NCBI RefSeq assembly: GCF_004010195.1
Contig: NC_057719.1
Coordinates: 3,597,588 to 3,633,337, forward strand
Length of the DNA stretch: 35,750 bases
Reading direction: 5' to 3'
Origin: Chiloscyllium plagiosum
Lineage: Eukaryota
The notes below the pieces were generated by a model. It made no database searches and was not told where the DNA came from. It saw nothing but the letters and a program-made list of their open reading frames with translations. The translations under genes were made by a program, and so were the position numbers. Shown one piece after another: positions 23,429 to 34,577 of the stretch (the first letter of the stretch is position 1; every line of letters begins with the position of its first letter).

Positions 23429-23540
23429 CTGATGAAGGGCTTATGCCCGAAACATCGATTCTCCTGCTCCTCAGATGCTGCCTGACCTGCTGTGCTTTTC
23501 CACTCTCAACTCTGATCTCCAGCATCTGCAATCCTCACTT
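23429..23540 (+). mobile_element. PLE terminal fragment with hammerhead motif (cleavage triplet ATC) inside a CR1
   Basis: CTGATGA-A-GGGC-TTAT-GCCC-GAAAC-ATC followed by the PLE terminal sequence ...CCAGCATCTGCA. Confidence 0.8.
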
Positions 23541-23984
23541 TCTCCACATCCACTCTATCCAGGCCTCACAGTATTCTGTAAGCTTCAGTCAGATCTTTCC
23601 CTCATCTTGACAAACTCCATCAAGTACAGACCCAGAGTCCTCAGCCGCTCCACGTATGACAAGCCCTACATACCGGGGATTATTCTTGTAAACCCCTGTG
23701 GACTCCCTCCAATACCACCATATCCTTCCTTAAATACTGGGTCTGAAACTGCTCAAAATATGCCAAATGTGGACTGACCAGAACCTTATAAAGACTCATT
23801 GATGAGGCCACACTTGGAGTACTGTGTTTAGTTTTTCACCTTACTATAGGAAGGATGTTATTAAACTGGAAAGAGTGCAGAAGAAATTTACAAGGATTTT
23901 GCCAGGACTCAAGGGACTGAGTTATAGGGAGAGGTTGGACAAGCTAGGACTTTTTTCTTTAGAGTGTAGAAGACTGAGGGGGTG

Positions 23985-24090
23985 CACCCCATTCCTGAAG
24001 AAGGGCTTATGCCCGAAACGTCGATTCTCCTGTTCCCTGGATGCTGCCTGACCTGCTGCGCTTTTCCAGCAACACATTTTCAGCTCTGCA
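23985..24090 (+). mobile_element. PLE terminal fragment inserted in a CR1
   Basis: Interrupts the CR1 sequence GACTGAGGGG...ATAGAGGTGTATAAG; same family as 4437-4650. Confidence 0.8.
23991..24026 (+). ncRNA. Minimal type I hammerhead ribozyme motif, core intact
   Basis: ATTC-CTGAAGA-A-GGGC-TTAT-GCCC-GAAA-CG-TC-GATT: conserved core, 4-bp helix II, palindromic ACGT helix III, predicted cleavage after C24022. Activity untested. Confidence 0.7.
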
Positions 24091-24961
24091 CTCCATAGAG
24101 GTGTATAAGATAATGAGATGCATGGATAGGGTTAATGCACTCAGTCTTTTTCCCAGGGTTGGGGAAGCGAGGACGAGAGGATATCAGTTTAAGGTTAGAG
24201 GGGAAAGAATAAAAGGGGCAACTTTTTTACACAGAGGGTGGTACGCATATGGAATGAGCTGCCAATGGAAGTGATTGAGGTGGGTACAATAACAATATTT
24301 AAAAGGCATTTGGGTAAATACATGGATAGGAAAGGAGTAGAAGGATATGGACCAAGTGCAGGGAAATGGAGTTAGTGTGAATGGACATTTTGTTCGGCAT
24401 GGACCAGTTTGGGCCAAACGGTCTGTCTCTGTACTGTAGGACTCTATGACTCTGTGATATCTGCTCTTGTATTCTAGAACTCTTTAAATTAATCCCAACA
24501 TTGCATTTACCTTCCTAACTGAACTGAACCTGCATGTTAACCTTAAGAGAATCCTAAACCTGGACCCCCAAGACCCTTTGTGTTTTAGAATTTTGAAGCC
24601 TTTCCCCATTTAGAAAATGATCTTTACCTGTATTCTTCATATCAAAGTGAATAACCTCATGCTTTCACGCATTTTATTCCACCTGCCATTTCTTTGCCCA
24701 CTCTCTTAGCTTGACCAAGTCCTTCTGCAGTCTCCCCACTTCCTCAACATTGCCTGTCCCTCCAGCTATCTTTGTGCCACCTGCAAACTTAGCAACAATG
24801 TCCTCAGTTCCTTTGTCCTGTCCTAATGTGACTAGTTGTGGTTATAACTCTGCAGAGCTGCACTAAATACCACTTGCCATTGTGAAAAAGACCCCTTTAT
24901 CCCCACTCTCTGCCTTCTGCCAGGCAGCCAATCCTCTGTCTATGGCAGTACTTTGCCTTGC

Positions 24962-25315
24962 ATTTTCTTTTAGTTAAAAAATATACCTTATTCATAAATT
25001 ATCTACAATTAAACAGAAGTTCAGTCTGGACTTTGCAGAAGGAACAGTGGAATTTTGACATTTGTCATTAGAGTTTCAATTCAGTGGCAATAACAAAAGA
25101 CATTTTCTGAACAAGAAAGGAAAGGAATTACATTCTCACTAAGGCAACAAGGGTATCTGGCAACATAACAGACCCCCATTGTATTTTGGTAGAAAGACCT
25201 TAGATTTTAGCCTTTCCCCACTGCACCTTAGCGGCAGCTGCTCCAAGTTTTACTGTGTCCCTCAGCAAGTAATCCCTGACCTTGGAACGTGCCAGTCCAC
25301 AACACCCGGTCAAGG
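24962..25315 (-). mobile_element. Second Tx1/L1-clade 3' terminal fragment
   Basis: Minus strand encodes GCCGLARSKVRDYLLRDTVKLGAAAAKVQWGKAKI*, homologous to the end of the 19588-20704 element; A-rich tail at ~24962-24995. Confidence 0.8.
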
Positions 25316-25562
25316 AAGTGCTTACGTTCCAACATACAAAACTTATTTACAATTGCACATCTATAACTCCGTGTGTGTTCACTATATGGATATACACATC
25401 ACACTGTGTGTAATTCCCTCTGTATACAACCCCACACATGACATACTGTGTGTAAAGCCCACTGTGCCAAATATACTGAGGTGTACTTAATAATACACAA
25501 AACAAATTTAGTCAATAATTGATTGGCACAGATTTTGTAGTCAGCAGCAAAGAACTAGCGTT

Positions 25563-25625
25563 GATTGTTTACCTGCCGAATGTTTATCAGAAGATTGTTT
25601 ACCTGCAGATTGTTTACCTGCAGAT
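25563..25625 (+). repeat. 15-bp tandem repeat running into a gap
   Basis: Unit GATTGTTTACCTGCA, ~4 visible copies. Confidence 0.85.
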
Positions 25626-26125
25626 NNNNNNNNNNNNNNNNNNNNNNNNNNNNNNNNNNNNNNNNNNNNNNNNNNNNNNNNNNNNNNNNNNNNNNNNNNN
25701 NNNNNNNNNNNNNNNNNNNNNNNNNNNNNNNNNNNNNNNNNNNNNNNNNNNNNNNNNNNNNNNNNNNNNNNNNNNNNNNNNNNNNNNNNNNNNNNNNNNN
25801 NNNNNNNNNNNNNNNNNNNNNNNNNNNNNNNNNNNNNNNNNNNNNNNNNNNNNNNNNNNNNNNNNNNNNNNNNNNNNNNNNNNNNNNNNNNNNNNNNNNN
25901 NNNNNNNNNNNNNNNNNNNNNNNNNNNNNNNNNNNNNNNNNNNNNNNNNNNNNNNNNNNNNNNNNNNNNNNNNNNNNNNNNNNNNNNNNNNNNNNNNNNN
26001 NNNNNNNNNNNNNNNNNNNNNNNNNNNNNNNNNNNNNNNNNNNNNNNNNNNNNNNNNNNNNNNNNNNNNNNNNNNNNNNNNNNNNNNNNNNNNNNNNNNN
26101 NNNNNNNNNNNNNNNNNNNNNNNNN
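25626..26125. other. Assembly gap (500 N)
   Basis: Run of N between the 15-bp repeat and the gypsy gag. Confidence 1.
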
Positions 26126-27290
26126 AACTGGGGCAAAGAGATACCCTCACGTGGAAAGAGAAAGGTAAATCTCAGTGAAGATCACAAGGAGAACTTACCA
26201 CAGGGTGAAAAAGAAACCCCTGAGGGGGACAAAGAAGTTAAAAAGCTCGAGTATTTTCATTGTAATAAAGTGGGCGACACAAAATCACAGTGTTAGTGGG
26301 CTAGGAGAAAGGCAGATGTAGGAAAACTGAACAAACCTGGGAGTTTTGTTGGACTAGTAACAAAAAGCACCAGGGAGGTTAGACAACTGCCCCAGAGTGT
26401 TCAAGATGATCAGAGATCGATTAAGGAGGAAGTGCCAGATCTGCTTAAAAAAAATACGTGCCAGGGTAAAGTTTATTCACATAGGCCAGGAGTAACGGGT
26501 AAAGAGGTTACAGTATTAAAGGGGCACAGGATCCTCTCAGTCTGTATTGCTGGAGGATGAGGAGATATGTACTCCTGAGGGACTACTGCCAGAAAAAGTG
26601 CTGGTAACAGGAATTCATGGTGAGACAAAAAGTGCTCAGTTACATAAAGTGAGGCGAGAGAGACCAGACAAGAGTGGGGAATTTATGGTAGGAGTACTGG
26701 ACACACTCTCAGCTCCAGGAATACAATTAGCCCTTGCAAATGATATAGCTGATTCACCAGCAGATGTGCTGCCTCCTCTAGTTGAAGGGCCAGTAGAGAC
26801 GCAGGCAATTGAAGACATGGAGAATGTTTATCCAGGAATTTTCCCTGATTGTGTGATCACAAGATCACAGAGGAACAAGCTGAAGCAGGAGAGATCAAAA
26901 GCAGATAAGGAAGCTGACGTAATATTATTCAAAACCTTCTTTGATCAAATAAATGGAACAGAGAAGGAGCAAATAGGTAAACGTGTCAGTATATTTAGCT
27001 CTGCTACGCTTACTGAGTTACAGCAGAAAGATGAGGAGTTAAAACAATTATATAAAAAGGCATTTACAAAGAAAGAAAGTGAATGCATTCCTGTGTGTTA
27101 ATGAGGAAATGGAGACCATCACATATTGAAGCAGATGAGGCATGTGCAGAGATTCATCAAATTGTTTTGCTAGTAGGGTACAGAAAGGAGGTCCTGCAAG
27201 TGACACATGAGCTACCACTTGGAGGTCATTTAGGGGTGAGGAAAACACAGGCTAAAATACAAAGACGCTTTTACTAGTCTGGACTACACA

Positions 27291-27583
27291 CTGGTTAGCA
27301 CTGCTGCCTCACAGCACCAGGGACCTGGGTTCAATTCCTGCCTCAGGCGACTGTGTGGAGTTTGAACATTCTCCCCATGTCTGCGTGGGTTTCCTCCGGG
27401 TACTCCAGTTTCCTCCCACAGTCCAAAAAAATGTGCAGGTTAGGTGAATTGGCCGTGCTAAATTGCCCGTAGTGTTAGGTGAAGGAGTAAATGTAGGGGT
27501 ACGAGTGGGTTACGCTTCGGCGAGTCGATGTGGACTTGTTGGGCCGAAGGGCCTGTTTCCACACTGTAAGTAATCTACTCTAA
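27291..27583 (+). mobile_element. HE1-type V-SINE inside the gypsy integrase zinc-binding region
   Basis: Splits the HH and CC halves of the integrase HHCC motif; matches 2327-2625. Confidence 0.9.
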
Positions 27584-28305
27584 ATTTTGCCAGATGTGTC
27601 ACACATGTCAGCCAATCGGAAAACTCCAGGCAGTAATAAAACCTGCATCTTTAATACCTATTCCAGCATTTGAGGAACCTTTCACAAGAGTCTTGATTGA
27701 TTCCAAAGGTCCCCTACCTCAAACAAGAAGTGGGAATAAGTATTTATTAACAATAATGGATTGGTCGCCTAGATTTCCAGAGGCAATCCCTTTTCGCAAC
27801 ATCACAGCTAAAAGGGTTTTAGAAGAATTACTTAAGAATTACTTAAGTATTACTTAAGAATTACTTAAATTTTGTACGAGATACAGACTACCAATAGAGA
27901 TCCAGTAGATCAGGGATCAAGCTTCACATCCAAACTATTCAAGGAGGTTATGGATAACTTGGGAATAAAATAATTCAAATCTACTGCGTACCATCCGGAA
28001 TTGCAGGGAGATGGTATCAAACACTAAAGACCATGTTGAGGGCTTATGGTCAGGATTATCCAGATGATTGGGATAAGGGAATTCCGATTGTACTTTCTGC
28101 GATCAGAGATGCACCAAATGAATCGACCAAATTCAGACCAAATTGGAATTAATTTTTGGACATGTAGTAAGAGGATCGTTAAAACTGATTCAGGAGAAAT
28201 TAATACGGCAGAGTTCAGAGACCACCCATTTGGATTATGTGTCACATTTTGGGGAACGATTAAAATGAGCTGGAGGGTTGGCTAGACAGCATTTAAACAT
28301 ATGCT

Positions 28306-28568
28306 GGGTGGCACGGTGGCACAGTGGTTAGCACTGCTGCCTCACAGTGCCAGAGACCTGGGTTCAATTCCCACCTCATGCAACTCTCTGTGTGGAGTTT
28401 GCACATTCTCCCCGTGTCTGCGTGGGTTTCCTCCGGGTGCTCCGGTTTCCTCCCACAATCCAAAAATGTGCAGGTTAGGTAAATTGGCCATGCTAAATTG
28501 CCCATAGGGTTAGGTGTAGGGAATGGGTCTGGGTGGGTTGCGCTTCAGCGGGTTGGTGTGGACTTGTT
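28306..28568 (+). mobile_element. HE1-type V-SINE inside the gypsy integrase (3' tail missing)
   Basis: A/B boxes and V-domain; ends at GTGGACTTGTT. Confidence 0.9.
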
Positions 28569-30142
28569 TGCAATTCGGAATAAGATATTGGTGTTACTTC
28601 CAGTAACAGGTGAGCCTTTAAAAGCAAGGTTTAGTGGACCTTATCAAATTAAGAGGAAATTGAATGACGTGAACTACTTGATAAGGACTCCAGACAGGAA
28701 GAAATCTCACAGAGTGTGTCATGTGAACATGTTGAAAGGATATTTTGAGAGGGAAGGGAAGCAAGAGGAAAAGGTGTTAATGATTACAGCACTGAAGGAA
28801 GATCTGTTCAGAGCATTCTGAATTGGACATTCCTCACATCAAATTGGATATTGAGGAAGTTGTCAAAAATTATTAAATTATTGAGTTAGCTTCCACAAAA
28901 AATCGAAATGACCTCAAAGAGTTATTATTATTACACGGGGAAATATGCAGAAAAAAACTGTGAAGTACTAACCTAACTGTGCATGATGTAGATATAGGAG
29001 ATGTGTTCCAATTAAGCAACATCCTTATAGGCATAACCCTCAAAAGTTGGCACAGCTTCAGCAGGAGATAGAGTGCATGCTCCAAAATGGCATAATGAAA
29101 GTTTCGTTAAGTGACTGGAGATCACTCATAGTCATGGTGCCAAAGCCAGATGGTATCCAACGGTTATGTGTGGCCTATTGCAAAGTCAACATCGTTACAA
29201 AAACTGATTATATCCAATTCCACGGTTGGAGGACTGTTTCAAAAAAGTGGGACAAGTAACTTATATTTCTAAGTTAACTTGCTCAGAGGCTACTGGCAGT
29301 ACCTCAGCTTTCGTAATGGCAAATTGACTATATCAGTTCAAAGTGATGCCATTTGGTATGAAAAACACTTCAGCCACATTTCAGAGACTGACTAATAAGG
29401 TCATTGCCGGATTACCCAACTGTGTGGTGTATATTGATGACCTGGTGATTTTTAGTCACTCATGGAAGGAACATTTACAGCATTTATCGGACATGTTTGA
29501 TCATCTTCGGAAGGCAGGCTTGGTGGTTAAAGCGAGCTGAAAGTGAATTTTAATCAAAGCCCAAGTCACCTTTCTGGGCCATGTTATTGGATATGGACAA
29601 ATGGCCCCACGAGATGCAAATCAAATGTAATTGGGAAATTTTCCACACCGTCAACAAAACAAAGCAGTGCTACGGTTCCTGGGATTGAGTGTATTTTACC
29701 GAAAGTTTGTGCCGAACTTTAGCAGTGTGGCTGCCCCATTCACCAAATTATTTAAAAAGGGCAAGAAGTTTCAGTGGACAGCAGACTGTCAAAAGGCATT
29801 TGACACTGAACACTGTGTTAACCACTGCCCCAGTATTAGCCACACCAGATTACATGAAGCCTTTCAAGGTGGCTATCAATGCCAGTGATGTGGGTGTCGG
29901 TATGGTGCTCCTGCATGAGGATGATGAGGGAATAGAAAGAAAGTGCTGTACTGTTCTATGTTCTACGTTCTACCCATCAGGTATTTTTCCAGGAAGTTGA
30001 ACATTCATCAACAGAAATATTCTACAGTGGAGCAAGAGGCTTTAAGCTTGGTGCTGGCATTACAACATTTCAGTGTTTATATTACCAGCAATGCATCTGA
30101 GACAATCGTATACACTGATCACAACCCATTGACATGTGGAAA

Positions 30143-30891
30143 GTCGAATTTGAAAGCTGAGTACAGGATTAAGGATAGGATTCTTGGCAGTGTGGAGGAA
30201 CAGAGGGATCTTGGTGTGCAGGTACATAGATCCCTTAAAATGGCCACCCAAGTGAACAGGGTTGTTAAGAAAGCATATGGTGTTTTGGCTTTCATTAACA
30301 GGGGGATTGAGTTTAAGAGCCGTGAGATCTTGTTGCAGCTCCAAAAAAACTTTGGTTAGACCGAACTTGGAATACTGTGTCCAGTTCTGGCCACCCTATT
30401 ATAGGAAAGATGTGGATGCTTTGGAGAGGGTTCAGAGGAGGTTTACCAGGATGCTGCCTTGAATGGAGGGCTTATCTTACAAAGAGAGGTTGACTGAGCT
30501 CGGACTTTTTTCATTGGAACAAAGAAGGAAGAGAGGGGACCTAATTGAGGTGTACAAGATAATGAGAGGCATAGATAGAGTTGATAGCCAGAGACTTTTT
30601 CCCAGGGCAGAAATTGTTAACACGAGGGGTCATAGTTTTAAGCTGTTTGGCGGAAAGTATGGAGGGGATGTCAGAGGCGGGTTCTTTATGCAGAGAGTTG
30701 TGAGAGCAGCCAGCAGCAGTTGTGGAAGCGAGGTCATTGGGGATATTTAAGAGACTGCTGGACATACATATGGTCGCAGAAATTTGAGGGTTCGTACTTT
30801 AGGTTTACCTTACATGCGGATCAATGGTCGGCACAACATCGTCGGCTGAAGGGCCTGTTCTGTGCTGTACTGTTCTATGTTCTATGTTCTA
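30143..30891 (+). mobile_element. CR1 3' end inserted in the gypsy RNase H
   Basis: [36 protein letters not shown]; (TTCTATG)n tail. Confidence 0.92.
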
Positions 30892-31349
30892 CCCATCAGG
30901 TATTTTTCCAGGAAGTTGAAAATTCATCAACAGAAATATTCTACAGTGGAACAAGAGGCTTTAAGCTTGGTGCTGGCATTACAACAGTTCATTGTTTATA
31001 TTATCAGCAATGCATCTGAGACAATCGTATACACTGATCACATTGACATTTGTGGAAAATTTTAAGGACAAAAAATGCCAGCCTGTTTAGATGGAGTGCG
31101 TTGTTACAGCCAGTCAATGTGACTTGTGCCTGTGGCAGGTCGCAAAAACGTGATAGCCGATGTGTTATCGAGACTCGAATGAGATAAGGAGGCGTTCAGT
31201 CGTGGGTGTATCGCAGCCTGAATTTGCATGTGGTTGTGCATGTTTGCATGGTTATAGTTAGCATAGTGTATATGTGTGGTTAGACCACTAACCGGCTTTT
31301 GAAAGGTAAAGAATGAAGTCATCTTTTGATACTGACGTGAGGGGGGAGG

Positions 31350-32091
31350 TGTCACAAAGCTAGTCCCTTTTTCCCGAAAAGCTGTCCCTTGGCTCAAGGA
31401 TATTTCTTGGAGGAGCTGGTGTTAGACTGGGGTGTACAAAGTTAAAAAAACATACAACAACAGTTATATTCCAACAGGTTTATTTGGAAGCACTAGCTTT
31501 TGGAGCACAGTTCCTTCATCACGTGGTTGTCAGGCTCCGATCAGTCTGGTTTGGTACAGAGATGAAAAGGATTTTTAGAGGCCTTTTGGTGATATCTAAA
31601 CAGATGAGACTTCAGGCCAATGTGGTCATGTTTTAGAAGTGACCTGTATAAAGAGAGGGGAGTGGTCAGCTCTCTGGCTGAGCTGAGCTGAGCTGAGCAG
31701 TTTTAGTTCACTCTTGAACTGGGAAGTTGAACAGGGAGTTGTGTTAAAACTCTCTCTTTCTTTCTGCCCTTCAACTTCAACCTGTAAGCAGCTGTTCCAT
31801 TTGTACTGGCTTTTAAAGGGAGTTTGCTTATTGGGACTGTTGTGTGTATTTGGAACAGCATAGCTAAGTGTAGCTGGATAGTTTAGTTCTTTAAGGGTTC
31901 TTTATCCTGTTCTTTGTATTTCATTGTGTAATTTTGTGAATACGTTTTTTATCTGTTTTAAAATTTAATCGTCAGCCCAGCTATCTTACTCCGGGTAATT
32001 TTCACTGTACACTTACCGAAACAAATTGCAAAGTTAGGTCTGGGGCTGTCTGGTTAAGAATCTTTTGAGTGGTCTGGCCTAATCCATAACA
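31350..32091 (+). mobile_element. 3' LTR of the Gmr1-like element, preceded by a polypurine tract (31339-31349)
   Basis: GAGGGGGGAGG directly followed by TGTCAC; ends ATAACA (TG...CA); TATAAAG near 31647; contains a PLE insertion. Confidence 0.8.
31407..31530 (-). mobile_element. Terminal fragment of a second PLE family (degenerate hammerhead) inserted in the LTR
   Basis: Reverse complement ACCAC-gTGATGA-A-GGAAC-TGT-GCTCC-aAAAGCTA-GTG...AATAAACCTGTTGGA...ACTTTGTACACCCCAGTC. Confidence 0.65.
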
Positions 32092-32680
32092 ATAGAACGT
32101 TACAGTGCAGTACAGTCCCTTCAGCCCTTGTGCCAACCTATGAAATCCATCTGAAGCCCCATTTAACCTATGGTATTCCATAATCATCCATATGTTTATC
32201 CAATGACCATTTAAATGCCCTTAAAGGTGGCGAGTCTACTGCTGTTGAAGGCAGGGCGTTCCACGTCCCTTCCCCTCTCTGAGTAAAGAAACTACCTCTG
32301 ACATCTGTCCTATGTCCATCACCCCTCAATTTAAAGCTATGTCCCCTCGTGCTAGCCATCACTATCCAAAGAAAATGACTGTCATTGCCCACCTATCTAA
32401 CTCTCTGATTATTTTATTTGTCTCAATTAAGTCACCTCCCAACCTTCTTCACTCTCACGAAAACAGCCTCAAGTCCCTCAGCTTTTCCTCATAAGACCTT
32501 CCTTCTATACCAGGCAAACATGCAAGCAAATCTCCTCTGTGTCCTTTCCAAAGTTTCCACATCCTTCTTATAAGGGGGTGACCAGACTGTACGCAATATT
32601 CCAAGTGTGGCCACACTAGAGTCTTGTACAGCTGCAGCATGACCTTGTGGCTCTGAAACTCAATCCCTCTACCAACAAAT
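32092..32680 (-). mobile_element. CR1 3' end abutting the LTR
   Basis: LQLYKTLVWPHLEYCVQ, TRGHSFKL...WNALP. Confidence 0.88.
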
Positions 32681-33038
32681 ATGGATACAAAACTGGCTGA
32701 GGGTTAGGAAACAGAGAGTAACAGTCAATGGATTTTTATCAGGCTGGAGGAAGGATTGTAGTGGAGTACCTCAGGGTCACGACTGGAGCCCTAGCTTTTC
32801 CTGATCTATATTAATGATCTGGATCTTACTGTGCAGGGGACAATTTCAAAGTTTGCAGAAAGTACTAAACTTGGAAGGATGGTATACTCTGAGCAGGACA
32901 GTGTGGAACTCCAAAAGGACAGAGAGGTGAGTTTCAATCCAGAGAATTGATGTTCTCTGGTAGAAAGAACATTTAAAGGCAATAAAAAAGGGTATACAAT
33001 TCTAAAATGGGTATTGGAGCAGAGGGAACCTAGGTATA

Positions 33039-34211
33039 CAGAGGAACCTCAATTATCCGAATATCAATTATCCAAATTTCAGATGATCTCTTACATCAAA
33101 GAGGTAAGCGTATTTGATTTACCTGTACTCAAGAACATGGGAAAACACTGACAAAAACAGAGAAACACAAGCACCTCAAGCAGCAGCGACTGGATTTTTT
33201 TAGGTAAGGGTTAGTTACGCAGCCCTTTGCAAAAGTGTTTTACAGTATTCCCGTCACTTTACAGGGCTGGACATGAAAAAATGGCCAAGAACGTAGACGC
33301 ATGCACGAGGCAGTACTTCTGTATTTCTATCGCGATGCTGAGTTCCCGGAAACTGATAAAAGCTCCTGCAATTGTAGAAGCTGTTTGGGACCTCATTTAA
33401 TGCTCAGCCTTCATATACGGTATTTATGTGATGGTAAAGATTTAGTCCTTCCCAGTTTAACCTGTAATTTGTAGAATGCAACGATTAGTTTGTTTAAATA
33501 GCAGAATCATTAAAATTATAGATTTAAACAAATTCTCCAGGAGAGCACAGCATTCATAGAGCCATAGAGTCATAGAGATGTACAGCATAGAAACAGACTC
33601 TTCAGTCCAACCCGTCCATGTCGACTAGATATCCCAACCCAATCTAGTCCCACCTGCCAGCACCCGGCCCATATCCCTACAACTCCTTCCTATTCATATA
33701 TTCATCCAGATGACTTTTAAATATTGCAATTGTATCAGCCTCCACCACTTCCTCTGGCAACTCATTCCATACATGTTCCACCCTCTGTGTGAAAAAGTTG
33801 TCCCTTAGGTCACTTTTATATCTTTCCCCTCTCACCCTAAACCTATGCCTTCTAGTTCTGGATTCCCCCATCCCAGGGAAAAGACTTTTCCTATTTATCC
33901 AATCCATGCCCCTCATGATTTTATAAACCTTTATAAGGTCACCCCTCAGCCTCCCACACTCCAGAGAAAACAGCCCCAGCCTATTCAGCCTCTCTCTATA
34001 GGTCAAATTCTCCAACCCTGGCAACATCCTTGTAAATCTTTTCTGAACCCTTTCAAGTTTCACAACATCTTTCCAATAGGAAGGAGAGCAGAATTGCGCG
34101 CAATATTCCAACGTCATCCGATTGTTTAAGGTAAAATTGATTCGCCAAATAATCAATTATCTGAACGAAACAGTACCCGCCCATCTCAGTTGGATATTCG
34201 AGGTTCCTCTA
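33039..34211. mobile_element. Non-autonomous TcMar (Tigger/pogo-like) DNA transposon
   Basis: TIRs CAGAGGAACCTCAATTATCC / GGATATTCGAGGTTCCTCTA flanked by TA on both sides; related ends at 35465 onward (left) and ~118-134 (right). Confidence 0.8.
33557..34110 (-). mobile_element. CR1 3' end nested in the MITE
   Basis: 159-aa ORF LEYCAQF...ERVQKRFTRMLPG...WNELPEEV; (CATAGAG)n tail. Confidence 0.92.
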
Positions 34212-34577
34212 TATAGGGAACAGATCATCAAAGGATAGTTGGAGACAGCAGTTTATAAAACACACGATGTCCTTAGCCTTATTAATTGAGGTATGGAGTA
34301 CAATAGCAAGGAGCGATGTTGAACTTGTACAAAACATTTGTTAGACCTCAGCTGGAATACTGTGTACAGTTTTTGACACCATATAATAGGAAAATTGTGA
34401 CCTCATTGAAGAGAGTACAGAAGCAATTTACAAGAAAGGGAAGAGAAGAGTCAATAATAAGGATAGATTGAAGAAGGTGAGACTGCCCACTTGGAGAGAA
34501 GTCAGACAAGAGGCAAAGGGTGTTCAAAAGCATGAGAGAGGGCTTCCTAATTACAGAAGGACATTATTACGTGGGAG

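Larger units (their letters stand above)
23095..24960. mobile_element. Minus-strand CR1 interrupted by a plus-strand CR1 (~23791-24457); both carry PLE inserts
   Basis: Plus SPYYRKDVIKLERVQKKFTR with (ACTCTATG)n tail; the minus element resumes at ~24458. Confidence 0.85.
26126..32091 (+). mobile_element. Decayed Ty3/gypsy LTR retrotransposon, Gmr1-like (gag-PR-IN-RT-RH-3'LTR); 5' end lost in the gap
   Basis: In order: gag knuckle remnant YFHCNKVGDTKSQC (~26252-26293); protease-like VTVL..GTGSSQS (~26510); integrase HELPLGGHLG...CHTCQ, RVLIDSKGPLP...YLLTIMD, DQGS, AYHPE and GPYQI...VCHVNMLK (27200-28745); RT IKQHPYR, PFGMKNTSATFQR, YIDD (~29430); RNase H ASDVGVG, YFSRKLN, YSTVEQEAL, YTDHNPL, ADVLSRLE* (stop 31180-31182). 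Many stops and frameshifts. Confidence 0.92.

Noticed and set aside
26547..27101. 184-aa ORF as a domesticated gypsy protein
   Set aside because: Starts at TTG after a frameshifted protease site; surrounding domains are decayed and SINE-interrupted.
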